A stretch of 64,000 nucleotides of DNA from Marsupella aquatica (lineage: Eukaryota; Plantae; Marchantiophyta), in assembly GCA_973895155.1 (NCBI GenBank), contig OZ316891.1, positions 5,799,708 to 5,863,707 of the forward strand. The letters are read 5' to 3'. Positions 12,085 to 24,300 of this stretch are shown here, piece after piece. The translations under genes and the position numbers were made by a program. Each line of letters starts with the position of its first letter. The stretch's first letter is position 1. The notes under the pieces were generated by a model that was not told the DNA's origin, searched no databases, and saw nothing but the letters and a program-made list of their open reading frames with translations.

Positions 12085-13110
12085 ACAATCGCAATTTCAC
12101 GGACATGCACTCAATCGCTAATTAATACGGAGAAGAATGTTACAGTACATCGTTGTGTCTCGAGACAAGGTCATCAAGAAGAGAAGCTACATGGTCTAAC
12201 AAATTCCTATCTCGTGCAAATAGTGACGAAAACCACGATAATCTCATTATTAGAGTGCAGAATACGGAATCTGGAAGAGTCGAAAGTAGTGAAACAGATT
12301 TTGCTAGACTGAAGACGAATTGAAAATGAGTTGAGACTTTGTGAAAGCGCTTCCCCAACAGCCCACAGACGCACAGATCCTAGCAGCTGCTGCAACACTC
12401 ATACACAAATTGCACTGTCAAACAGACATTCATTCACTCCCTAACTAATCCGGAGGAGCATGTTCTTACAGTGCATCGTTTTGTGTTTCGAGAGGTTCAA
12501 CAAGAAGAGCAGGTAGTTGGTCTAACAAATTCCGATCTAAAGTGAATAGTGACGAAAACCACAAAGTTCTCATGATTAGAGAGCGGATAGGGAATCTGGA
12601 AGAGTCAAAAGTAGTGAAACAGAATTTTGTAATAGAAGACCAATTGAAAATTGAGTTGAGACTTTGTCAAAGACCCAGAGCCTAGCCGAGGCTGCAACAC
12701 TCAGACACATCGCAATTTCACAGACATGCACTCAATCGCTAACTAATATGCAGTACATCGTTCTGTGTTTGGAGAGAAGAGGAGCTAAGATGGTCTCACA
12801 AATTCCGATCTCGTGTGAAAAGTGACGAAAACCACCAAGTTCTCATGGTTAGAGAATACGGAATCTGTATGAGTCAAAAGTAGTGAAGCAGAATTTCCTA
12901 ATTGACGACCAATTGAAAATGGGTGAAGACTTTGTCAAAGCCGTCAAAGCCGTCAAAGCCCCAAAGCTTCCACATCAGCCCACAGTGAAAAGTAGTGAAA
13001 CGTAATTCGCTAGATTGAATTGAATATGAGTTGAGACTTTGTCAAATCCCCGCTTCCACATCAGCCCACAGAGCCACAGAGCCTAGCGGGTGCTGCAACA
13101 CTCGTACTCA
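12085..13110. repeat. Diverged ~300-320-bp tandem repeat, about 3 copies plus a partial unit
   Basis: Shared blocks ggtctaacaaattcc, agtgacgaaaaccac, aaagtagtgaaacag, gttgagactttgt and gctgcaacactc recur at ~300-bp spacing (units start at ~12088, ~12410, ~12709). Confidence 0.85.
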
Positions 13111-13978
13111 AATGTCACTGCTAATCACGATACACAACATTAGGGCCCACTGCAGTATTGGCACAACCGACTTCCATTGTACTCCATATTGACACTTTCC
13201 AGCAGATGCAGATGTACACCAGTACCGCCAATGGCATCAGATTCAATTGCTGCAAAAGGAAATTCCCCGGCCCATCTTTATCAGCCAGTGTGTAGCAACA
13301 TAGCTTTGAAGCAAGTACGTACTATACACCGACAAGCTGGGTGCTCAGATCATCCTCTGTGTCGGTCACGTGATTGTTAGTTGCGGACGAAGAGATTACA
13401 ACTCAGCCTCCGCGGCCGAAGCCTCAACGCGGAGCTGGGTGGCCTTGGTCGACCCACCTTTCTGCTTTAGCTTGGGATTGACTTAGGTTTACCGTCCCAA
13501 CCAGCTCTTGGCCGCAGAAGGAGGCTACCTTAGAGCGTCTCCAACCGTTTGGAGATTTTGCACAACTATCCCCATAGTATAGCGATAGTATAGCGGTTCA
13601 TTTGGCACCTGCCAAAATGGAGAGTTGCCCCCTTCCATGCAATCCCCACAGGTGACACTCCATTCTGACCCCCATCCCATGAAGCGTGTGTACGAGCTGG
13701 GGATCACCTGGTCTAAAATATGTGAAGTGGGTTGTGGCACTACCCGTGGTTTTGCGTGTGTTTTTGTCCCTCTCGTTCTTGCAAACCTCGACTCCCGCCA
13801 GGCAAAATTTGAAGTTGCAGGAAGCATGTCAATCCTACGGATTGAATTTGTTGGGGTTAATTTGTGCTCTGTGCTTCCCTTCAGGCGTTTGCTTTCACTT
13901 TAAGGCCAGCTTTACCTGGTTTTGATTGGGAGAAATGAATCAGTCTTCACAAACCAGGTTGTGCTTCATCTATCGAGA

Positions 13979-15309
13979 ATGGATCTCGAAGGGTGGCTGG
14001 CAGATCTCGAGGAAGAATTGAATGAGGAGGAGGCTAATTGGGGCGAGGAACAAAGATTTTGGGAGTTGATGATGTTCACGGGACCCCTTTCTATTCCGAA
14101 TTTGGGCCAGCTGCCAAGGAAAAGAAAGCACAGAGGGTCTAGACTAGGTAGGAATGGGAATGTGGAGAGACGCAGAGAAAAAGCAGAAGACCTATGGAAT
14201 GATTACTTTTCTGATACACCAAGCTATGATGCATTGAAATTCAGGAGGAGATTTAGAATGAGCAGCAGTTTGTTTAACAAAATACTTCTTGTGTGTGCTC
14301 ATAACACATATTTTGTCTAAAGGTTGATGTTGCAAGAAAGGTAGGCTTGTCTCCACATCAAAAGTTGACAGCAACATTGAGGCAGTTGGCTTATGGAATT
14401 GGGGAAGATTCTTTGGATGAGTATTGTAGAATTGCTGAAAGCACAACATTGGAGTCTCTTTATAGATTTGTGAAAGTCATCAGGGAGTTGTATGAGGGTG
14501 AATACTTGAGGAAGCCAACAATTGTAGATTTTAGAAATCAGCTTCAAATCAATGCAAACCGAGGTTTCCCAGGTATGTTTGATTCATTGGATTACATGCA
14601 TTGGGCATGGAACAATTGCCCTGTTGCTTGGCAAAGCCAATACACTAACAAGGACAAGAATAAGTTCATCATACTAGAAGCAATTGTTGATCAAGAATTG
14701 TGGATATGACATGCCTTTTTGGGGCTGGCTGGGGGAAATAATGACCTGAATGTGCTTGACCGATCACCACTTCTAAATGAATGGTTGCGCAATGATTCAG
14801 CCAATGTCAATTTCCATGTCAATGGTACAGAGTACAAACCAGCTTATTTGCTGGTGAATGGAATTTATCCTGAGTGGTCCATGTTCATATCCACTGTGCA
14901 CATGCCACAATCTGATAAGTTGAAGATGTCAAGAGGCAACCAGAAAAGATGTGGAGAGGGCTTTTGGGATCCTCCAAGCTAGATTTGATATAGTCAAAAG
15001 GCCTGCTAGGTCTTGGTACGAAAATAACATTGTAAATATTTTGCTTGCATGTGTCATCCTCCACATATGAGTTTTGAGGATGAAAGAGATGAGAATTTTC
15101 CTCAGTATTTAAAGGTTCCTGTAACTAGAGTGAAAGATGACAGCAACCTGATAAGTTGAAGATGTCAGGAGGCAGCCAGAAATCTGCCGTGGTTGGAGTT
15201 CCTTGCTGAACCAGCTGAAATTAACAATAAGGCTAACCATTTTCATTTGAAAAATGACATTGTTGACCACCTTTGGAGTATAAAGGGGTCTGGTGTTTCT
15301 GATAACTGA
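13979..15309 (+). pseudogene. Pong/Harbinger DDE transposase (HARBI1/ALP1-like nuclease), disrupted
   Basis: LWNDYFSDTPSY...FRRRFRMS..LF, LSPHQKLTATLRQLAYG, EYLRKPT, RGFPGMFDSLDYMHWAWNNCP, IILEAIVDQELWI, G.NNDLNVLDRSP, YLLVNGIYPEW; several stops and frameshifts. Confidence 0.88.
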
Positions 15310-15372
15310 AATCCAGGTGAGACTTTCAAGTCAGTCAGATTTTGCTACCCATCCCTGCATTTCTTTTACTGA

Positions 15373-16038
15373 ATGAAAGCTCCAAGCACGAGTTTTTAAG
15401 CTTGGGACTTGAGGGAACCAAGTCACAGGTGTGAAATGATTTTCTGTTGGTACATAGAGTACATTAGACTTGCTTCCACATTGACTCACACTTCAGTCCA
15501 CCTGTTTGGAAGGTACATCGAGCTCGGGAGATACCGTTGAGGCACTTTGGAATGTACAGACCTGCCTTGCCAATGTGCGAACCTACTGAATACAATTCAA
15601 AGCCTCCCAAAGTGTTTTTGTGGTAAATTTTGTGCTCTTGGACCTGCCCACAGTGCCTTCTAGTATTTCAGAAATGACCTCGCTTTCACGTGGAAGTTCT
15701 GCTTCAAGTCTTACATCCATAGCTGCAAGGAAATGGAATCCCATTCCTTTGCCAAAGCAGGAGCAACCAAAGGAGCAACAGAAGGATTATGGGAAATCCA
15801 AGGCAGCTCCAACAAAAGTGAGAAACAGAGAAGCTCGAAAGCACCATTGGAGATGACGTTGATGGAGTTCGAGCCTGAGAATTCACAGGAGGCACAACTA
15901 ATGGCAAAGATGGAGGATTCTGAAGATGAAGCATTTTTGGATTGTCTCAGCACCAACAGATCTACCTCCAGTGATGGTTGCTATGTGGTTTTCACAAAGC
16001 ATTCACCTAGCCCAAAGCGTAAATCTAGGGCTAATTGA
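15373..16038 (+). pseudogene. Possible third, Cys-rich ORF inside the Harbinger element
   Basis: One frame runs from ATG 15373 to TGA 16038 with three internal stops (TAA, TGA, TAG), each revertible by T>C. It includes CTDLPCQC...PKCFCGKFC...KFCFKSYIHSC and an acidic/basic tail. Confidence 0.4.
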
Positions 16039-16429
16039 AAGCTTCAATTCTTGCACCTAGGAAAGGTTTAGGTAGGCCATTTTGTGAAGCACCAGGCTAG
16101 GCCGAATATAGGTAGAATTTAGACATGGTGGCTGGCGGATCATGTGGCCGTCTAGAATAGGGAGGCCTGGCCTCCAATTTTGTAACCTCTTCATTTATGA
16201 CATGGAATTCCGTGAATTTGCAATGTACAATGTTTGCCAAAATATTTGAGCCAATTTTATTACAAAATGAGCATACAATGAATTGCATCAACTCCATTGA
16301 CTACAACTGGCTAGCTAGCAAAACCTGGAACAAAAATCCAAGTTCACATGCCCAAAATTTGGCTTCCAAATCTACATGGTTCTCTGCTACCCTTGTGTTT
16401 TCATTCAGTTCAACTATGTTGTCATAAAA

Positions 16430-17330
16430 AAACAGGACTCTCAACCCTGGTCTCACTAAAAACAGGTAGTGGATTCTGTGGAGGTTCTTGTAGCTTGCAT
16501 CCGAGCTTTCAATTTCCTGGCCTCTTCCAACTTCCATTGTCGGACATAATCAAGGAGCTTTGGTTCCATGTTGTCTGTAGGCAATGTAAGCAACTTCATC
16601 AACGAATTATTTTGCAACTATGTCTTCACCCGATCTCAATTCACAACTGCCATCTCCCGTTGGGCATTTGTACTAACCTTCATTGCTTCTTGTTCAACCT
16701 TCATTCGCTTGTGATCTTCCTTGGCTCTCTTCTTTCCTTGAGGCCTCTTCCTTGTGTCACAATCTTCGACAGGTTCTTGGTGCTGCCTATCAACACTTTC
16801 ATTGTCACCATTCTCAATGACAATTGGACTCAAGCTAGAATGTTCATTCTTGATGGTGTCGGACCTAGACGATGTTGATTTCCTGCCCTTCCCTTTAGAC
16901 ATATCGTCTATTGGATTCCCCCACCGCGGACAATCTTTCAAAATCCAGAAGTAGGAATCAAAAGAAAATGTTTTCCCTTTGGGATGGTTCTGTTTGTATA
17001 ATTCCTTTGCCTTCAATGTTGTCGATGTTGGTCCCCAAAATTTGAAGGTCTCCTACCTGTTGAAAACATCCGATGAATTTTGACACATCATGTTTAATAT
17101 CAGACCACTCCCCTTCCAGTGATTTTTGGGCCCTCAACTAAACTCCTTCAATTTGTGCTTCTCGTACTGCTCGGTCACCCGGTCCCAAAATCTCTTAGCC
17201 CTCTACCTTGCACCAATGCAAGGATCTTGGGACACATGGAGAACACTGTAGCACAATTGTTTAAACTCTTCTGCACCATACTTTTTTCCCACGACTTGCT
17301 GTCATCTTCTCACATCTTTCAGCTTTGTAA
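16430..17330 (-). pseudogene. Pong/Harbinger Myb/SANT DNA-binding protein (ORF1), disrupted
   Basis: YGAEEFKQLCYSVLHVSQDPCIGAR*RAKRFWDRV, FSFDSYFWILKDCPRW and KRPQGKKRAKE are typical Pong ORF1 / NAM-associated motifs. End points are approximate. Confidence 0.8.
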
Positions 17331-18889
17331 GCGCAATTTCACTGACAGAAATTCTTGTGTGCAATGTCAGGTTTGCACGACAACTCCCAATGGCCCACGA
17401 CAATCACTGTTGATGGAAAGTCAAAGCGGGAAATCTAGACACAATTTTGGTGCGAGTACTCCTTCACATTGCGAGTGCCGCATGGATACGTAACTGCCAT
17501 GGATTCATTTGGGGGTGGGCGGAGGGGCTTGGAATGGCGATCGCCTTCCTACGCAAAAGTAGCGGCACGCAAGCAAAAAATGTTAGCGGCTTTCTGCAAA
17601 TGTTTTACAGAAGCAGCCACTGTTGGACATGTTTTTCTCCAAAAAACAGCCGCTAATCTGGGGTTTGCCAGTTACGGAGCTCTTTGCAGGCACCGTTGGA
17701 GCAGGCGTTGGAGATGCTCTAAGTCCGGAGTTTATTAGCCCATGCACTTTACTCCACGGGTTACTCTCCAACTTTTCCCAATCGATCGGTCATGATCCAG
17801 GAGAACTCATGGCCTGTTATACCAGGCCGTGGTTGCAAGGGCCTTGACACGGCCCATCATCCGTCTGGTCAAGGTCGGCTGCAGGCAGATCTGAGGGAGG
17901 GGTGGGGTCAATGAGCTCCTCGATGGGTGGTGGTAAGGCCACCAGGGAGGATTGGCCCCTCAGGTTCTCTGTGGGGGAAGGTGGGGCGGTGGGGCGGTGG
18001 ACGGTGGGCCTTCCTCAATAGCAAGGGCAACGGGTTTGGGGTTGACCATGCCAGGGCTTTCCAGGGTGGTTGCCATGACTTGGTTCTATGTCAGTAGTGT
18101 CATGACCATATGTATGTGTATCATTGTAGTACGTAGTGACTGTGCTAGTAGAGGCCATACCCTATGTAGGGCCGTAGTGCCTAGATAGAGATTGGTTCCA
18201 TGCATAGGGTTGGAGGGGGTGCCTTGTTGAGGGTGACCCCTCTGGTAGGACCCGCCCTTGGGTTGGAGGGTATAGTGTGGATAGGGCTCAAAGAACATTA
18301 GTTCTTTGAGTTGAGCCTTTGGCAGCGTTGGGAGAGCCTTGGTAGTGAGTGGAGCTCTTTGGCTATGGTGTCCCGTTAGCTTCGACCTGAATTCTCCATC
18401 GTGGAATGGGTTTGGCTTGACTGTTTGTGTTCTATAAGTGTTTTATGACAATATGTCTTTCACAGATTTCAGTTGTGATACACTTGTATTTGTGTATGCT
18501 CTTGTTCCTATGATGTATATATGTGGGTATGGAATGTCAGCGATGTATGTTTTATGACAATGTGTATTCGCACAACAAAAATGCCGCGATTACAGCGGTG
18601 TCATGCAACGAGGAAGAGGCCCCATTGGTCGGCTCAGGCTCAGGGTGGAGGCTGCGGGTACCAGGCTCTTGGATTTGGGCTGGGGTCTCTTCTCTGCCGG
18701 GAAGACCCACCTGGACTGGATAATCTTTGGCTCATTACATGTGTTCCAGAAACAGGCAGCAGAACTGGACATAATCGTGAAAAACATATGATGTGTCTCT
18801 TATGGCTAGCTGAATTATGCAGTGTGGTGCGTACGCGAAACGACAGAGTAAGGAGCTTGTGAAGTCTGGAGGAATGAGCTTAAGGCTTG

Positions 18890-19215
18890 CGCATTCTCAC
18901 ATTAACATCTTTATCTGACCATGACATGTTTTTCTCACCCTCTATATCTTTTCTTTGCTCCCCGCTTTGCTCCACAGATCTACTCCTCGAGATCTTTTCT
19001 CACCTGGCTTGACATGTTTTCTTCACCTCCATATCTTACTTTTTCCTTCTTGTCATCTTCATCTCACCTTGACATCTTTATCTCACAACCACATCTTCTC
19101 CTCGCCCTCAACATCTTTTTTCACTTTGATATTTTTTTCATTTATACATTTTTTCCCACCTTTTCATTTCTCTGCTCAACATATTTTTTTCACTTTGATT
19201 TCTTTTCCTCAACTA
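18890..19215. repeat. Inverted copy of the AAGATGTCAAGGTGAGAA degenerate minisatellite
   Basis: Repeated tctcacc(t)ttgacatcttt units are the reverse complement of those at 7300-7790. Confidence 0.6.
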
Positions 19216-20744
19216 AATTATTTTTGTGGGCATGGGTTATTGTGAGATGGCCACGTACCCCCACCCTCTAAAGAAAGAATTTGATTAATTAACAAAGAAA
19301 GGTGGATATGTCTCACTTCTCCAGTAATAAAAGTTCTTCTCCAAAAGGCCTATTACCCGATATCACTATGCACAGACTAGAGTTTCCACAAGATGCACAT
19401 TACAGGGTGACAACAGGGGGTCAGATGCTCTTATTGCCAATACACGTTGTGAGCTCACTTTTACTCTGACGCTAAGAATCTTCTTGATCATATTTTACTA
19501 TGTTATTTTACAGCCATTAGATCTCCCCTAGATTTGGCTCATGTGGTTTTGAGGGCTAGGTGTGAAACTCGCATTCAAAGACCATAAGCTGAGCAAAAGT
19601 TCAGCTAAAAGTGTCCAGTACTTTTTAGTCAGATGGAATTGTCACTTTTGCCACCAAAGGAAGAGGGGAATACTTTTTCCTGATGTGGAATTTCGCTAAC
19701 TTTCGCCACCAAAAACAAGGGAGGAATAGTTTTTACCGAGGTGTAATTTAGCGAACTTTCGCCACTAGCTTGGGATTCTGTACTGTTTTGACATTTTTAG
19801 TTTTTTGGCGATGGACATGATTAATACGCACGAGGAGCAGTAGAAAGTAGCAATTATGACAAAGCGAAGCCTTCAGGAATTCGGTACTTGGGATTGGAAG
19901 GTATTTATTTTAGAGTTGAATGGAAACCGTACTCTTGTACTGAAATATAGTGTACTAACTACAATGGCGAAATCTGCACAAGGGTACTGAGGTACTGAAC
20001 CCGTAGTGTCCTTGGAGGTACAGAACCAGTCCCGGGAGGGGAGGTCGGTACCGGCCCGTTCCTCTGGCACGGCCCTCCAATCCGTCAGCGACGGCAGAGC
20101 CAGTCTTTCCGCCGACGCTCCACGCCCACTGACTGTGCAGTCTCGTCGCAATTAAAAATGCAAAAGGAATCCACGGCCAGATCTTCCCGGAAAAGGGGTC
20201 ACACGACCTCCGCCGTGAGATACTGTGTCGATGGAGCCCTCCCCAGATGCACCGTCGATCACGACGGTGGCAACGCTACTGTAGGACGGGTCTCTCACTT
20301 TTGTCGGTCCACCTTTCAAGACTGCGAATTTATATTTAGCGCAAAAGTTAATTTAATGTTACAACAGATATCACAATATCACATCTAGCACTCCAGTAGT
20401 TTTAAAAAAACTTTAAATCGTCTCATTCACTCAAGGAATAGTCAAGGTGATATTTGCCAAATTAGGAAATAAAAGGACAAACCGTCGATATTACATTGAA
20501 TGCTCCCGTAAGACGTACTCTCACGCTTGTCCGTCCACCTTTGAGATTGCAGCTTAATAATGAGGGGTATTTTGGTAGCAAAAATTCACCAACTTCCACC
20601 TTGTTCAAAAGGAATGTGCAGTTTTGGCAAAACATTCATTTTTTTCCCTTTTATTAGCCAGTTTCTCACCTAACAACACACCCATTGACCAGAAGAGAAT
20701 CTCAAGGAGTCAAGGTAATCATCAAATCTGGGGAGATCTAACTA

Positions 20745-21049
20745 ATTCACTGCGATCGCCAGTATCGATGCACATTAATGCATCGGTCTTGAGGGCTTAC
20801 AGTAAAGCAAGGCGTTTACAGGGTCGCAGTCGTTTGTGACCGTCTGCCGATTGATTCGGGCAGCATGACCTTTGCGTTGGGTGGGTTGGGGGAGGCAGCC
20901 CCATCCTGGCTGTCCCTATTCTTCTTCCCTGCCACCGGACCCGGGCCCACTATCGCCTCACCGGCCAAGCCTTTGTGTGCTGGCCCGTCAAACCCCGTCC
21001 CCCCGTCCCCCCGCCGACTTTGTATACACATAGGACGCTATGTGCTACG
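20745..21049 (+). repeat. Left TIR of the MULE
   Basis: Reverse complement of 37055-37374, with about 7 substitutions and one 15-bp indel by eye. Confidence 0.95.
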
Positions 21050-21306
21050 CATAGAGACATGACTTTGCTGTGTATATACGGATTCAAATGTAAATACCTT
21101 TTTGAGCCGGATGGGATTGGCAGAATGAGATAAACGTGTGTTCTGCACAAATTCATTGAGGGAATGGGAATGTTCGTGTTCATTCCCTGCCACACCGTGC
21201 GATTCAGGAATGGAATGGAATGTTCTCATTTAGGAGTTCGTGATTCATGTGTGCCACAATTCGTGTGCTGTAAGGCAGTTCTCATCTTTGGTGTAATCTC
21301 GGTGTC

Positions 21307-24300
21307 ATGTCTACGGCATGTGTGGCTGAACTTGCACACTTGGATTCGACATGCAATGCTGCAAATTCTCCCCACATGTCCAACATTAGCACGTTCAAGG
21401 ATGGGCCGATGTTTCCGCAAAAGCACACTCTAGATGAAGCAGTACCTCAACCACCTGAAGTGCTGGCGACTATAGCGATAGGGGATGTAGCACAGGCCTT
21501 GGATGGCATTGAACAGCATGTGCTTCACCTGACATTCGATGATGATCGAGTGCTTCAGTTAGAGGACAGGCCACAGCAAACTCCATTGATACGTAGAAGC
21601 CACAGTGACTATTCCAGATGCGACATAGTTCAGACACCTCCTCCCGGAGAATTTGAATACACTAGTTTGGAGAGGTTTGGATCGAAGAAGGATTATGCTT
21701 GGATTCCAGAGGGTAGGCTGCTGGATTTTATATAGGGATAGAATATGCGCGAGAATTTCCATACTGAGTTCACCACTCGACACATGGTACAAAACAGAAT
21801 CCACAAGACCGGCCCTTTGGTAAAGACCACAACATTGTTTTGTTGCTGCTTTGGTCCGGAAGATTACAAAGGGTGGAAATCCAGCAAAGTGCCTGAGATA
21901 TCTGAAATCTAAAGACACAGGTGTCTTTTTGAAGAGAAAAACCATAACAGGTGATCCAGTGATTTTACTGTTCTGCAATTACTTCATTGTACTCCTGTTT
22001 TGCGTCAATTTTTATACTTGAATGCCTCGGTTAATGCTTGGCTTCTTGCGCATGTTCTCCACTCTGAATTGTGTGTGCACCATGTCTTCTCTGTAGGAAT
22101 GTTTGTACGTCGCGGTTGCAAATGTTCTTTTACTTCCACAAAATACGAGGATCGGCCAGGGGTTGTACTGATAAAATGGATCCGCAAAGATCATTTGGAT
22201 ACGCAAAATCTGGTTTTTCATGGCCTGCACGATTCGACTGCCTTCGAAGCAAATGCACACATTGCCCCTAGAATTTCCCTAAAGCTACGCACCAAAATCG
22301 AGCGATATCTTAGGGCAGGGTTGACAGCAAGAGCAATTGGTGATGCCCACTTTGAAGAGATTTTTACGAGATGGCGTAAAGACCACCCGGATGAGGATGC
22401 CGATGTAATCATGTCCAGGGACATGCAGCTTACTCCACGAGATGTGCAAACTGTGAGGGATTCAATGCGAAGGCGACAACCAGACTATTGTTGTGACGAA
22501 GCGCAAGCTACAAAATTGTGGGTCCTTCAAAATGCAGACCACGTGATCTTATATCAACCGCAGATAACATCTAAAAACCAGCCTTTCATTTTATTCTGGG
22601 CATCTCCTTGGCAGCAAAAGAAGCTATCGCTTCTTGGTCATGATGGACTTGTAGCATTTGATGCAACGTTCGGTACCAACCACTTTGGAGTAAGCTATGC
22701 ATTCACTATACCTTGTTTGCCAATCCATTTACATGTGTGTTGCCATTAATTTAGAATTCACGGTCACTGTTCCACATTTTTTTACTGAGTTTTGTACTGT
22801 ATATATATACCACTGACAGCACTTTTAATTCTTGTTTTCTTTATCATTGGCAGTTCCCTTTCTACACAGTTGTTGTGTATGACAAACTCCAAAACGCCAT
22901 TCCCGTAGCATAATTTGCTCTCCTGCAAATGTACAAAGCCCTACAAGTTAGCCAAGTCCTCACAGCTTTGAAAGACTGCGTGAATGCCAAGAGGACAGAA
23001 TTGAATTTGCAAGTTCCGTGGACACCTACCTCTTGGATTATTGATGTAGCGGACGAGGAACAAGCAGCAATCAGGTTTACTACATATCATGTCATTTTCA
23101 TACCACTGCAGTCTTTCATATTAAATGCATGCCCTGAATAAATTATTTATATTCATTCACTCCTGTCATGCAATTTAATGTGTTTTCTGTACCTGTAGAC
23201 AGGTTTTCCCAAAAGTGCCTATCACATTTTGCACTTGGCACGTTCGTAGAGCCTGGACCAAAAACATTATCTCCAAGGTTTTCTGCCCCTTTGCCAAAGC
23301 CCAGATCAATGCGGATCTGGGAGCTCTCATGTATTCTCATGCAAGCCTGGATGGAAGTGGTGAGAACTCTGCGTGTGCTTGTAATGTGTTGGCTGTCTGC
23401 TTGTATTATGTTCGACCTGTGCTTGTAATGTGTTGGTTTCAGCACAATAGTTTGACATGGATTTATTTAGATTTCCAAATGCTAATATTGTATACATTAC
23501 TTTGCAGACATGATTGAACAGTCCCAAGCTTTTATAGATCAATGGCTACTTACCCAACCAGTATTTGCTGCATATTACAAACGGGAGTGGCATAATAAGG
23601 TTTGCAATTGGGCAATACAGTTCAGAGGGTACAATCATGCAAACCAGAATACAAATGGGGGCATCGAACGCTGGCACCACACCCTAAAAATGGAGTTGAA
23701 GGCGGGTAGGTATAGCATTATGGGATGGTCCATTCCTTGGCTACTTGGTCGACTGAGAGTTTTGGAGAATCACTACTGGTGTATTGCTGCTGACAAATTT
23801 CAGGGGCGAATCAAAAACAAGACGATAGAAGGGCTTGTGCATAAGTCCCTGAATAGAGCAAAGTCAATCCCAGATGATTACGTCCAAACATTTCAGTGGG
23901 GTCTGGCCAATTGTGCATGTGTTAAAAGCACTTCTTCAAACAACCCAAGCAGCAAGGAACATCTTGTCACTAATTGGGACAAAGATAGTTGTCAATGCAC
24001 ATGTGGGTATTCACTTCAAGGGAATGCATGCAAACATCAGGTAATTTTGAATTCACTTCCTGCTTCAAAACTGCTTTGCAAATCATCCGATTAGACTAAA
24101 CAGCTTCCTCATTCAAATTTGCGACACCTCTCAACCGGTTTCCATTCACGTGCAGATAAAAGTTCTTTTGCTTACAAAGAAGATGACAGAGTTGGAAGTC
24201 CTTCATCAACTCGGAACAAAAATGGGATTATATTCTGGTGGTCTTGACCAGCATTTCAAATGGATGCATGGGGATTGCCCAGAATTACCGACTTATGTAG

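Larger units (their letters stand above)
13533..17719. mobile_element. PIF/Harbinger superfamily (Pong-like) DNA transposon, decayed
   Basis: Terminal inverted repeats GAGCGTCTCCAAC (13533) and GTTGGAGATGCTC (ending 17719), flanked by CTTA/TAAG. Contains a DDE nuclease gene on + and a Myb/SANT gene on -. Confidence 0.88.

Noticed and set aside
20738-20743. Alternative 6-bp TSD (CTAACT) with TIRs starting AATTCAC
   Set aside because: Formally compatible, but the 8-bp TCTAACTA reading is closer to MULE TSD lengths; other copies are needed to settle it.
20865-21062. Near-identical small ORFs MTFALGGLGEAAP... here and at 36967-37254
   Set aside because: They are the two GC-rich TIRs read in mirror image, not a gene pair.
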